DNA of 44,408 bases from a virus (lineage: Duplodnaviria > Caudoviricetes): IMG/VR virus record IMGVR_UViG_3300020045_011998, positions 1-44,408 of that record. The stretch is one strand, 5' to 3'. The position numbers were made by a program, and so were the translations under genes. Shown piece by piece: positions 26,640 to 35,210 of this stretch (position 1 is its first letter; the number at the start of each line of letters is the position of its first letter). The notes below the pieces were generated by a model. It searched no databases and was not told the origin of the DNA. It was given only the letters and a program-made list of their open reading frames with translations.

Positions 26640-27455
26640 CTAGTCTTGCTTCCGATGATTTTTCAAATACTTCCCGATTGCCATCGTAGCTGCAACAGGT
26701 GCTGCGATACCTAGACCGTAGTGCATCATATTGGGTGCAACCGCTTTACGCAGGAACTTATTACCTTCAGCTATGCCATGAGTTTTCTTCAGAAAATCAT
26801 AGCCATGCTTGTTAGCCATGACTTCTTCTCTGAATCGAAGCAAAGACGGTGCCGCAGCAATAGCAGGCGCATACTTCTCAGTCTTCTCGTTTTGTAAAGC
26901 TGCGATTGCACCCACTCCAGCCCCAATCTTCCCAACTCCGGTTCTGCCTAGAATAGCGCCAATGCCTTTAAGATTTTTAGCCCCTGTAGAAAAGTCTTTA
27001 GCGTGGCCTAATTCGTGAAGTAGGACGTTGCTGTTCCACATTTTTCCAGAAGGTGTTTTAGCATTTTGAATTACAAACTTACCGTTCGACAGCTGACTTA
27101 GTGAAGGTCCTGCGTGAGGTTTGTTTACTTTTGAGAATCTTTTTAAATCTTTATCTGAAGCCCCGGAGCGTTTTAGCGTTTCCGGGTCGTGACCGATAAC
27201 GACTTTATCTTCCATATCGTGGTGCTTAAGGAATTCCTTGACGTGATCTTGGTTGCCTTCGTTAGTCGAAGCTTCTAGTAGGGCCGGTAAAATCACAAGT
27301 CCTCCTGCTGTCTTGTATGCTTTCTGAGCAATGCCCCCTGCAATCGCAGCTCCACCATATAGCTTCGCCTTCTCATATCCTTCGGTGTGTTTTTCCCTGA
27401 AAGGGTCGGTGATGCGGCTGTGCCAGGAGGCAATTTTTAAGAGGTAGGGGTTCAT
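26640..27455 (-). CDS. Tagged putative zinc metallopeptidase (HExxH)
   Basis: MNPYLLKIAS; LLHELGHA and downstream EEVMANKHG; hydrophobic Gly/Ala segments. Confidence 0.7.
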   Translation of the reverse strand: MNPYLLKIASWHSRITDPFREKHTEGYEKAKLYGGAAIAGGIAQKAYKTAGGLVILPALLEASTNEGNQDHVKEFLKHHDMEDKVVIGHDPETLKRSGASDKDLKRFSKVNKPHAGPSLSQLSNGKFVIQNAKTPSGKMWNSNVLLHELGHAKDFSTGAKNLKGIGAILGRTGVGKIGAGVGAIAALQNEKTEKYAPAIAAAPSLLRFREEVMANKHGYDFLKKTHGIAEGNKFLRKAVAPNMMHYGLGIAAPVAATMAIGKYLKNHRKQD

Positions 27456-28133
27456 TTAAAACTTGTCCAGGTCTTCAAGGCTCTCAAACGAGTCTTGTTC
27501 CACGATATCATCGATACCCTCAAATGAAGGCACAATCGTAGCTAGAGCAAGCTCAATCTCGGACTGAGCCAAGTTCTTATCACTAACCCAACTTTTGACA
27601 ACCTTACCGATTTCGGCTGTCATACGAACCCACTTCACTGCTTCCTTCGAGGACTCAGCAGAGTTGCCCGAGAACATAGCCTCTTTAGACTTATACGCGG
27701 AAAGTGCAAGCATACCCTTCATGCACTCTACAGGATTCATGTTCACAGTTTTACCAAGTCTCCATGCAATGAACTCAAGCCCTTGAGACATAGCCCACAT
27801 CTTAAGACTTCTCTCGCCTGAGACCTCGTCCGCTTCTTCGACAACAACGAGTTTGTCTAGCCGGTTCATTCCTGACACATCAAAGAAGATAGCACGGTAC
27901 ATGTCCAGCACGTCTGGAGGTATCTCTAGCAAGTCTGCAATGACGACCAAGTCCGACTCAGCCAGCATACAAGCTTCAGTATAATTCTTCTTAACCGGAA
28001 CTCCCCAAATTCCTCTTGCAGCTTCGTACAGCCTAACGTGCTCAACGTCCCCTTCCAGGATGGCGTCAGCAATAGGGTCTACGCCCTTTGTACGGGCTTT
28101 AATTAGAAGGTGGCGGGAGTTGACCAGTGCCAT
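27456..28133 (-). CDS. Hypothetical protein
   Basis: 225-aa helical ORF abutting the next gene. Confidence 0.75.
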   Translation of the reverse strand: MALVNSRHLLIKARTKGVDPIADAILEGDVEHVRLYEAARGIWGVPVKKNYTEACMLAESDLVVIADLLEIPPDVLDMYRAIFFDVSGMNRLDKLVVVEEADEVSGERSLKMWAMSQGLEFIAWRLGKTVNMNPVECMKGMLALSAYKSKEAMFSGNSAESSKEAVKWVRMTAEIGKVVKSWVSDKNLAQSEIELALATIVPSFEGIDDIVEQDSFESLEDLDKF

Positions 28134-28160
28134 AGTTTTAAAGGGCCCTGAGGCCCTATA

Positions 28161-30047
28161 TTACGTCCCGTTGCCCTGACGATTATTCGTCTTGGGGTCA
28201 AACCCTGCGGAAGCAGCAGAAATCCCTTTCAATTTCTCGACGGTGTCACCCAACTGTTTGTACACATTTTTGATCTGAGAAATCAGGGCAAAGACTGAGT
28301 CCGGATCAAGGCTTTCTGATAGTTGGCCTAGTTTGATCCGAGATAGGAACAAGACTCTTCCTAGCTTGTCTACGGTTTCAGACAGCTCTGGCAGATATTC
28401 TCCAATGAATTCGAATAGGTCAGGAGTTTGAAGCAATTGACTGATCACTGTAGCTTCTAGTACTTGTCCGTCACCTAACTGAGCGGCACCTTGCACCGCA
28501 GGCATGAAAGCCCCGTTACGGGCAACGTCACCTGCACTGGTAGGAGCAGGGTTTCCACTGTTAGGAATCTCTGTAGGATTAGCATCTGTACTAGCTGCAA
28601 GCTTGGACATGAAAATCTTTACAGACTTGACTTGCTCAGCTTGCTTGATGAAGTTCTCAGCTAAATCAGGGCTCAGGCTCTCACCTTCGACGAGATACTT
28701 CATAGCTGCAGACTTAACACCTAAAGCCTGTCCATTGGCAGAGAACTCAACACCGTCGTAGCGAAGATTCAGCTCAGCGCCAAGGAATTGAGTAGCACAG
28801 ATTTCCTTCTTGCGTGATGCGTCGAATGCAGAGCGTTCTAGGTCACAACTGCGATTAGCGCCAAGACAAATGATGATTGCATTATAAGGAATGAATAGAG
28901 TATCCGAGACTCGATTGGTTTCTTGAGTGTAATTGCGATATCCACAGATCTTCTTAATACCACGATCATAGCAACCAACCTCTACTCCCATGTTGTTTTG
29001 AACAACGCTGTCAGCGTGGAATGGGCCTAGGTACTGACCCCCGGTCGTAAATACGATAAACTTAGACCCTCGCTCAAGATCCTTAAGAAGCTTAGGAGGG
29101 GCTACTTGGAAGAGGTCCTCTAGGACTTTGGTACGGTCAACTGAATCGCCAGCAGCAATGAAACGATCTGACTTAGCGTAGTCACCCGAGGCGAACAAAG
29201 CCAGAGACTCTCCATGAGTATGGTTGTGGACGTGGGACTTAGGCAAGTAAGCGTGTTCGGTGTGACCTGAGCTAAAAACAATGTTGTAATCCTGGCCAGC
29301 ATCTGTGCTTGCACTGATTTCTTGATAGGTCCCGTCTGTGTTGTGAGGTTGATAGGAGATAGCCACGCGAGAAAACTCGGGGTTTCCTTGAATAGTAAAA
29401 CCCTTTGACACCACGTCTTGTGCCATAGCTTCAGTAAATGCTGCACCTAGTTGACCTGGGCCAGTAATGACGGAAACTGGCTTTGCGTCGGCCTTTAGCA
29501 TCGTCGTCGATGCGTCTTTGGTCGGTTGCAGTACTTCGAAGATAGTTTTCAGACCAAAGATCTTATCCAGACTTTCATACACGGTCTTATCGGATGAAAT
29601 CTTCTCAAATGTGAATTGCTTGAGATGATCCGGAAGAATTGAAAGAAACTCTGTCAGGCGACTAGTAGAAGCGTACACAAACTTGCCAGTACGCGGAGGA
29701 TTAATCATGTTATAGACGCTAGGGTTGCGGTCAACACCCTTCGGAATCTTTGCAGACTTCCCGGGTGACATAGACACGCTGTTTAGCAGGCTATTGATGG
29801 TCGACTTGGTTAATGGCTTGAACTGGGCCTCATCTTCCACGAAGATAGAATCGATCGGGAAGATATTGTCCCCCTGTGCGACGACAGGAATAAAGGCAAC
29901 GCCCTCTCCGATTCGCAAGGAGAACACGCCAACTCGCATGTCGGAGTCTCCAAGCTCTTCTGTAAGTTCCGAAAAATTGAGAATCATTGAACCCAGTTCC
30001 GGTGCAACCTGGAGGAACTTTGCGAGGGCGAGATCTGAGAAATCCAT
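28161..30047 (-). CDS. Large putative virion structural protein
   Basis: 628 aa on the late strand; IKQAE and SKLAA motifs before a Pro/Asn linker. Confidence 0.65.
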   Translation of the reverse strand: MDFSDLALAKFLQVAPELGSMILNFSELTEELGDSDMRVGVFSLRIGEGVAFIPVVAQGDNIFPIDSIFVEDEAQFKPLTKSTINSLLNSVSMSPGKSAKIPKGVDRNPSVYNMINPPRTGKFVYASTSRLTEFLSILPDHLKQFTFEKISSDKTVYESLDKIFGLKTIFEVLQPTKDASTTMLKADAKPVSVITGPGQLGAAFTEAMAQDVVSKGFTIQGNPEFSRVAISYQPHNTDGTYQEISASTDAGQDYNIVFSSGHTEHAYLPKSHVHNHTHGESLALFASGDYAKSDRFIAAGDSVDRTKVLEDLFQVAPPKLLKDLERGSKFIVFTTGGQYLGPFHADSVVQNNMGVEVGCYDRGIKKICGYRNYTQETNRVSDTLFIPYNAIIICLGANRSCDLERSAFDASRKKEICATQFLGAELNLRYDGVEFSANGQALGVKSAAMKYLVEGESLSPDLAENFIKQAEQVKSVKIFMSKLAASTDANPTEIPNSGNPAPTSAGDVARNGAFMPAVQGAAQLGDGQVLEATVISQLLQTPDLFEFIGEYLPELSETVDKLGRVLFLSRIKLGQLSESLDPDSVFALISQIKNVYKQLGDTVEKLKGISAASAGFDPKTNNRQGNGT

Positions 30048-30100
30048 TTGATTATAGGCCTTTGAGTTATATTTTAAACGGTTTAAGCGTAGACTCGATT

Positions 30101-30934
30101 TTAAGCGCAGCCGGGGATTTTGATACCTGGCCGATGCCTTCCATTTGTTTCTGGGCCTTGTGCGACCTGAGGGGATCTACGGTACGTAACGTCATACAGC
30201 ACAGACCCTCCTCCAAAGTTTGCAGTCTTATACGCAGTCCCTCCTACGATAGATGATGAGTAAGACTCCGGAGTAGTTCCATTCACATCAGAGGACCCTA
30301 ATCCTAGGTAAGCTGCAACTGCGCCAGCTATTCTCGTAGGGAATTGACGTTTATTAGAACCTACGTGGAAATATCCATCTTCACTATTCAATCTCGTGTT
30401 TCTATACTTACCTTCTAGGATTACAAGTCCTGCCAGAATCTGAGTAGACATATTCTCTTCACCTAGTACTTGCGATATAATATCAGATCCAGGTTCTACT
30501 ACGATGTTACTTGCAAGATCTGGTCTCAACCTCTCTAGTTCAGTTCTACCGGAAGGAGATGCTCCCTTGACGAAGTAGTGACCCATTACTTGACCAAGAC
30601 CCATTGCCTGAAATCCTTGTTCAATATTACGCTTCTTCACTACATCGTCAGCAGTTACATTTGGGGCTTTCAGAATCGCCTGCACAGGAGAACTCTGTAA
30701 ATAGTTATAAGTTTCATTACCTTTTCTAGGTTCTACTCGTGGGCCTACTGCACCAGCGTTGAATGTACTTTCGTAAAAAATAAGTGCAGCATAAATATTA
30801 ACAATGTCTTTTTCAGCGCCAAGCGTACCAGCAAAATAGGAGTTGACATGGCCTTGAATAATCTCTTTGACCTTGCCAACTCTTTCCTTGCTAAATTTAG
30901 GCTTCTTTAAAACTTTTACCTTAGTACTTGCCAT
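30101..30934 (-). CDS. Lysozyme-like / lytic transglycosylase domain protein
   Basis: ALIFYESTFNAGAVG (catalytic Glu motif), AMGLGQVM, AVAAYLG. Confidence 0.7.
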   Translation of the reverse strand: MASTKVKVLKKPKFSKERVGKVKEIIQGHVNSYFAGTLGAEKDIVNIYAALIFYESTFNAGAVGPRVEPRKGNETYNYLQSSPVQAILKAPNVTADDVVKKRNIEQGFQAMGLGQVMGHYFVKGASPSGRTELERLRPDLASNIVVEPGSDIISQVLGEENMSTQILAGLVILEGKYRNTRLNSEDGYFHVGSNKRQFPTRIAGAVAAYLGLGSSDVNGTTPESYSSSIVGGTAYKTANFGGGSVLYDVTYRRSPQVAQGPETNGRHRPGIKIPGCA

Positions 30935-32747
30935 TCTCCCCCTCCCCGAACTCGGTCCCCATCATATAGCTCGCAATAGGATCAGTGCTATGAATATCAC
31001 TAGAAGCCCCTGTTGCAGCAGCCTCTTTTAGCGTATCTCTAAGACGAGAGAAGGATAGTTTTGAAACCCAGTTTTTATCCAAGAGCTTGGCAGTCTGAAG
31101 GCCTGGAACGATTGGTTTTACTCTAAGACCTGTAGGGGAAATATGAATCTTATCAACTCCAAGATCCTTTAATTCTGTGATATGGTTGCTATCAAGGAGT
31201 GTTCCTGGTACTAATGTGCCAACTGCCTTAGCTAGAACAGAGCCTTCCGCTTGATGGACAGGGACTACTTTCTGACCTTTATCAAGATATTTACGAATAG
31301 AATTAATATCTACTTTTTCACCTGGGAGCAGGCCAGTCTCACCCGGGTGATCTACCTCGACATACTTAATCATATTTCTAGAAATGATCTCGAAGTGGCG
31401 AGGGTCAAGGCCGCCCCCGTAGATGTTTCTAAGCTCATCTGCCATATAGTCACGCCCCGCACCAATACCGCGAAGATTAACCAAAGCTCTAGGATTGATA
31501 GTGCCCGTAGATAGAGCCTGCCCTGATTTTATTTCATCGCCTAGTTTTACCTTGAGATTTTGAGTAATAGGTACGAAGTGCATCTTCTCATTTACGAAGA
31601 CATGCGTGTCTCCTAGCGGGGTGGGGCGAATTGCTGAGACGACTCCATTTATATTAGAAATCGTAGCCTCGTCCTTGAAGTTCTCAGTTGGGTTGTTAAG
31701 GATATTGGCAGCCTGTTCGTAAGCGTTACCTTTACGTTCGCCAACGGTAGCCTTGTGCTTCGTACTCAACATGGCCTGGGTAAGGACCTCGGACACTGAT
31801 TGTGCGGCAATAACCCCGATGTTCGCACCGATCTCTACAAGCTTTCCAGATGCAGCTAATCCATAGCAGTGTTGGCAAACACCTTCTTTAGCCTCGCATG
31901 TCATGGTTGAACGAATCTTTACTTGGTGCTTCCCAGAGTGACTAAGCTCCTTCCAATAATGCTCGTCAATCAGTCGATTAGTTTCAGCTTCATATCGACC
32001 AATGATTTTCTTGGTATCAGAAACAGGTGCCATGATACCGTTGTGTGTCTTGCAGTCAACCTCTGTTACAACCTCGTGAAACACCGTTGGGGCTAGCTTT
32101 TTGAACAATGCGCCGGGGAGAGCAGTGGATAGCTGGGCCATGACAGTAGAACCTCGACCCATATAACTGAGTGCAATGTGTTCCGCTGGACGCATGCCCT
32201 CCGCAAAGCTTCGTTTAATCACAACAGGAATCAGTTCACCCTTGACGTTCAAAGACATAAGAGGGGTAGACGTTCCGCTGGCTAGCTGAGCAGGGTTTCC
32301 TCGTGCACCAGTCTTAGCCATCTTGGCTGCGGTAGAACCTTTGTCAAGGAGGTATTCAAGATTTTGCTTTTCAATCTTCTTGTTATATTGACCTGTAAGT
32401 TCTGCAAGCTGAGAGTTAAGGATTTTTTTATCTAAATCCGAGTGCAATAGACGCTGAGCCTTCGTATCGAACTCTTGGATAATTGCTTGTCGCTCGTCTG
32501 ACTCATTGATATAGTCAGAAAGAGGAGTTGACGCACCAATTTCAGTGGCAGTGTTGAAGAAAAGCTTCCCTAAGGAGTTGATGTGCTCAAACGCCCCGGG
32601 ACCTCCTTTTGCGAGAAGCATATTAACCATCTTAGACACTCCAGCCTTGTCTAGAGGCGTATGAATATCAAAGGCATCCTTGGCTTCTTGGGTAGGCATT
32701 CCGTGCTTTAAAAGCAGAGCCCCTGCAGTAGTGATCTTATCAGACAT
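30921..32747 (-). CDS. rpoC: Multi-subunit RNA polymerase, beta' C-terminal part
   Basis: TGARGNPAQL, SFAEG, DCKT, RSTMTC...GVCQHCYG, GANIGVIAAQSVSEVLTQAMLSTKH, RHFEIISRNM. Confidence 0.93.
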   Translation of the reverse strand: MSDKITTAGALLLKHGMPTQEAKDAFDIHTPLDKAGVSKMVNMLLAKGGPGAFEHINSLGKLFFNTATEIGASTPLSDYINESDERQAIIQEFDTKAQRLLHSDLDKKILNSQLAELTGQYNKKIEKQNLEYLLDKGSTAAKMAKTGARGNPAQLASGTSTPLMSLNVKGELIPVVIKRSFAEGMRPAEHIALSYMGRGSTVMAQLSTALPGALFKKLAPTVFHEVVTEVDCKTHNGIMAPVSDTKKIIGRYEAETNRLIDEHYWKELSHSGKHQVKIRSTMTCEAKEGVCQHCYGLAASGKLVEIGANIGVIAAQSVSEVLTQAMLSTKHKATVGERKGNAYEQAANILNNPTENFKDEATISNINGVVSAIRPTPLGDTHVFVNEKMHFVPITQNLKVKLGDEIKSGQALSTGTINPRALVNLRGIGAGRDYMADELRNIYGGGLDPRHFEIISRNMIKYVEVDHPGETGLLPGEKVDINSIRKYLDKGQKVVPVHQAEGSVLAKAVGTLVPGTLLDSNHITELKDLGVDKIHISPTGLRVKPIVPGLQTAKLLDKNWVSKLSFSRLRDTLKEAAATGASSDIHSTDPIASYMMGTEFGEGENGKY

Positions 32748-32753
32748 GTGGCT

Positions 32754-32759
32754 ATTTTA
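32754..32759 (-). promoter_or_regulatory. Putative class B promoter (TAAAAT)
   Basis: 6 nt before the ATG of the beta' C-terminal gene; no RBS. Confidence 0.5.
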
Positions 32760-32792
32760 AGAGAATGCTTCTAGTTTTCAACCAAATCCATT

Positions 32793-32819
32793 CAATTACA
32801 ACTGAGTTAATGGTATAAG
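32793..32819 (+). promoter_or_regulatory. Putative phage promoter, class A
   Basis: CAATTACAACTgagttaaTGGTATAAG, 9 nt before ATG 32829. Confidence 0.65.
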
Positions 32820-32828
32820 AATATTACA

Positions 32829-34145
32829 ATGCATTTCACTTCCCTTAAAGGAGATCTCTTGACTATCACCAATTTTGACCCTTACTCTAACGAGTTTTTG
32901 AACTCTTTACCCGAAGATGTAGGGTTCATCCCAAAGACTGGACAATCTTCAAAAGAAATAGCTCTGTTCGTTAACACGGTAACTTCATATTTATCCGTAT
33001 CTTTTAACAAACTTTTTTCAGTTATTAACAAGTCAAAACTAGATGTACCAAAACTTCCTAAAGCTGCATTTAACCAAATGGCATCTGTAATAGAAGAGAA
33101 TTCATTAGTGCATCCGGTAGACGTTAAGAGTGTAAACCTGGAGGTGACAATTACTAACCATTTAAAAGATCAGGGAGATATGTTCCCAGAAGTTGTAAAA
33201 ATTCTTGATGAAATAGTTAATAAAAAAGATGAGGTCGATGTAGACCAACACATCACATGGCCAAATAACCGTCTTGCAATACTTTTTACGCCAAAGTATA
33301 ATGAGGTTTGTAGCCTAAGGATTCGTCCTATAAACCGCTTCGTATATATCCCAGGGAAAGTTTTATGCTACACATTCATCCTGAATGTTGTTAATGCCTC
33401 TAATATTATTCGAGCAAATTCTCTTATTAAAGAAGGTGGATTTGTCGTAAATATATGGGTATGTGAACAAAACTTTCTAACTCCCCCGTCCCTGAACTAT
33501 TCAAAGTTTAAGTGTAACGGTAACCTTTACGATATTATTAAGCACCACCTTGCGTATCAAGGATTTCATCTCCATCCCGATGGGAGTATTAGCGCAAAGC
33601 TTAAACAGGGGAATATAGTATCCTTAGTAAAGCTATCCCCCGAAGCTCAATACAGTTTTTGTGAATTGAATTTTGGTAGATTTAATAGTTGTCAAACACA
33701 ATCTTTATTATTCGGAGACTTCATTACTAGAAGAGGGTTTTGTAGGGAGGTTTTAGGTATATCCATAGAAATTCAATCTCCACGCGCAACGACTGCGCCA
33801 AAAGCAATAATCCCGACAGGCATTCCTGAATCTAATGGCGTAAAGAGTATGCTATCGTGGTGGAATAACAATTTATCAGGTAATCCATACTATACATCAA
33901 GATATGGTATTTCAGAAATCCGAACTTTGACTAAGCTAGATTTCAAAGATAAGAGATCTCCTGTAGGAGATTTCATCCAAAAATACATGGAAGATATTCT
34001 TATCTCGGAAAACGTAGCTGAAGTTTTCTTAGAACACTCAGAACTTCTCTCTAGAGAGACTCTGAGCAATGAAGAGTTCATGTCCGCGTCCAACCGATCT
34101 CTTGCAGGAGGTCATATCTTAAGGGGATTGGATCATGCTAAGTAG
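32829..34145 (+). CDS. Hypothetical protein
   Basis: 438-aa AT-rich ORF; no motif recognised. Confidence 0.7.
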   Translation: MHFTSLKGDLLTITNFDPYSNEFLNSLPEDVGFIPKTGQSSKEIALFVNTVTSYLSVSFNKLFSVINKSKLDVPKLPKAAFNQMASVIEENSLVHPVDVKSVNLEVTITNHLKDQGDMFPEVVKILDEIVNKKDEVDVDQHITWPNNRLAILFTPKYNEVCSLRIRPINRFVYIPGKVLCYTFILNVVNASNIIRANSLIKEGGFVVNIWVCEQNFLTPPSLNYSKFKCNGNLYDIIKHHLAYQGFHLHPDGSISAKLKQGNIVSLVKLSPEAQYSFCELNFGRFNSCQTQSLLFGDFITRRGFCREVLGISIEIQSPRATTAPKAIIPTGIPESNGVKSMLSWWNNNLSGNPYYTSRYGISEIRTLTKLDFKDKRSPVGDFIQKYMEDILISENVAEVFLEHSELLSRETLSNEEFMSASNRSLAGGHILRGLDHAK

Positions 34146-34704
34146 ACGACAATTCTCTGTAGGAGTGGCTGCCATGGGGCTCGGTCCTCATGCGGCCGTA
34201 TTCCCCCAGACTGGCAGTAAACTTGAGATATTGATTAATTCTTTGGAAAGTGAGCAGAACAAGCCTAAGTTCACGTTGGAGTTTCTGAGCAAGAACGTTG
34301 AATATAGATTAGATAACTCCGGAGAATATGAGTGGAGTCCCCCTGAAGTCACCTTATCTAGGGGGTACGGAGATTGCTCGGACTTTGCCTGCGCGGCGTT
34401 CCACGTTCTACAGCCGCATGAACATGAGTGCAGACTTGCTTACTGTGAATCCGCCTGGGACTATCTAGGTCGAGTCATAGAGACCCACCTCGTGCTAGTG
34501 GTAAAAAGGGGTTCTGACTGGTACGTAATAGATCAAAGAACTCCTAGAAAGATGTATAAGTCAATCGACAGGTCTGATCTTAAGTTCCTAGCGTCATGGA
34601 ACAGACTTGAGATATGTAGAGGGCTTGGTAATGGCCCGGCAATATTGCCTAAAAATATTCAGTCCTACTGGACTCAATTTCTAAAAAAGACGCAGAAAAC
34701 ATGA
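34135..34704 (+). CDS. Transglutaminase-like cysteine proteinase (BTLCP/LapG-like) with Tat-type signal
   Basis: SRRQF twin-arginine motif; EWSPPEVTLSRGYGDCSDFA; HLVLVV; YVID (Cys-His-Asp triad). Confidence 0.8.
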   Translation: MLSRRQFSVGVAAMGLGPHAAVFPQTGSKLEILINSLESEQNKPKFTLEFLSKNVEYRLDNSGEYEWSPPEVTLSRGYGDCSDFACAAFHVLQPHEHECRLAYCESAWDYLGRVIETHLVLVVKRGSDWYVIDQRTPRKMYKSIDRSDLKFLASWNRLEICRGLGNGPAILPKNIQSYWTQFLKKTQKT

Positions 34705-34913
34705 CACGTTCAAATAACCCTTACTTTTGGCAAGAAACCGATATTGAAACCCTAAAGAGTACTTATACTTTAGGGGGTCTTCAAGCTGCTTGCGCTGCAC
34801 TACCTCATAAAACAAGAGGTACTATTGCAACAAAGGCTTCACGTATTGAGCTGACTAACCCTCGGCCCAGGAAGAAGAACTTATTTGAAAGAAATGAGCA
34901 AAACGATGATTAA
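34701..34913 (+). CDS. Small putative helix-turn-helix protein
   Basis: WQETDIETLKSTY...LPHKTRGTIATKASRIEL (Myb/HTH-like); ATGA overlap. Confidence 0.6.
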   Translation: MTRSNNPYFWQETDIETLKSTYTLGGLQAACAALPHKTRGTIATKASRIELTNPRPRKKNLFERNEQNDD

Positions 34914-35202
34914 AACAGTTGAAGAGATCCTAGAGGAGATTAGTTTTGCGAAAGAGGCACAAGAAGAACTCAGAGTAGAAATTGAACCTATTCTTGGCAA
35001 AATTCAAAGATTGACATCTACTATTGGACGCCTAAGAGAAGATCTCAAAAAGGTGTGTAATCATCCCGAAGATAGGTATTTGGTTAATAAAGACTATCAA
35101 GAAGGCGGGTATGATTACCAAGCAACGTCTACTATCACTGTCAATTGCGGAGTATGCGGTAAGCTTCTCGATGAAAAAGTTACCTTTCACGGATTTCAAT
35201 AG
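34885..35202 (+). CDS. Hypothetical coiled-coil plus zinc-ribbon protein
   Basis: CNH...CGVCG; true start is probably a later Met. Confidence 0.65.
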   Translation: MKEMSKTMIKTVEEILEEISFAKEAQEELRVEIEPILGKIQRLTSTIGRLREDLKKVCNHPEDRYLVNKDYQEGGYDYQATSTITVNCGVCGKLLDEKVTFHGFQ

Positions 35203-35210
35203 GAGTTTAT

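Noticed and set aside
27456-28133. Small terminase subunit
   Set aside because: Helical with an acidic tail, but no recognisable motif and no adjacent large terminase
28142-28157. Terminator hairpin AGGGCC-ctga-GGCCCT
   Set aside because: Short stem with only a 2-3 nt U-tract; too weak to call
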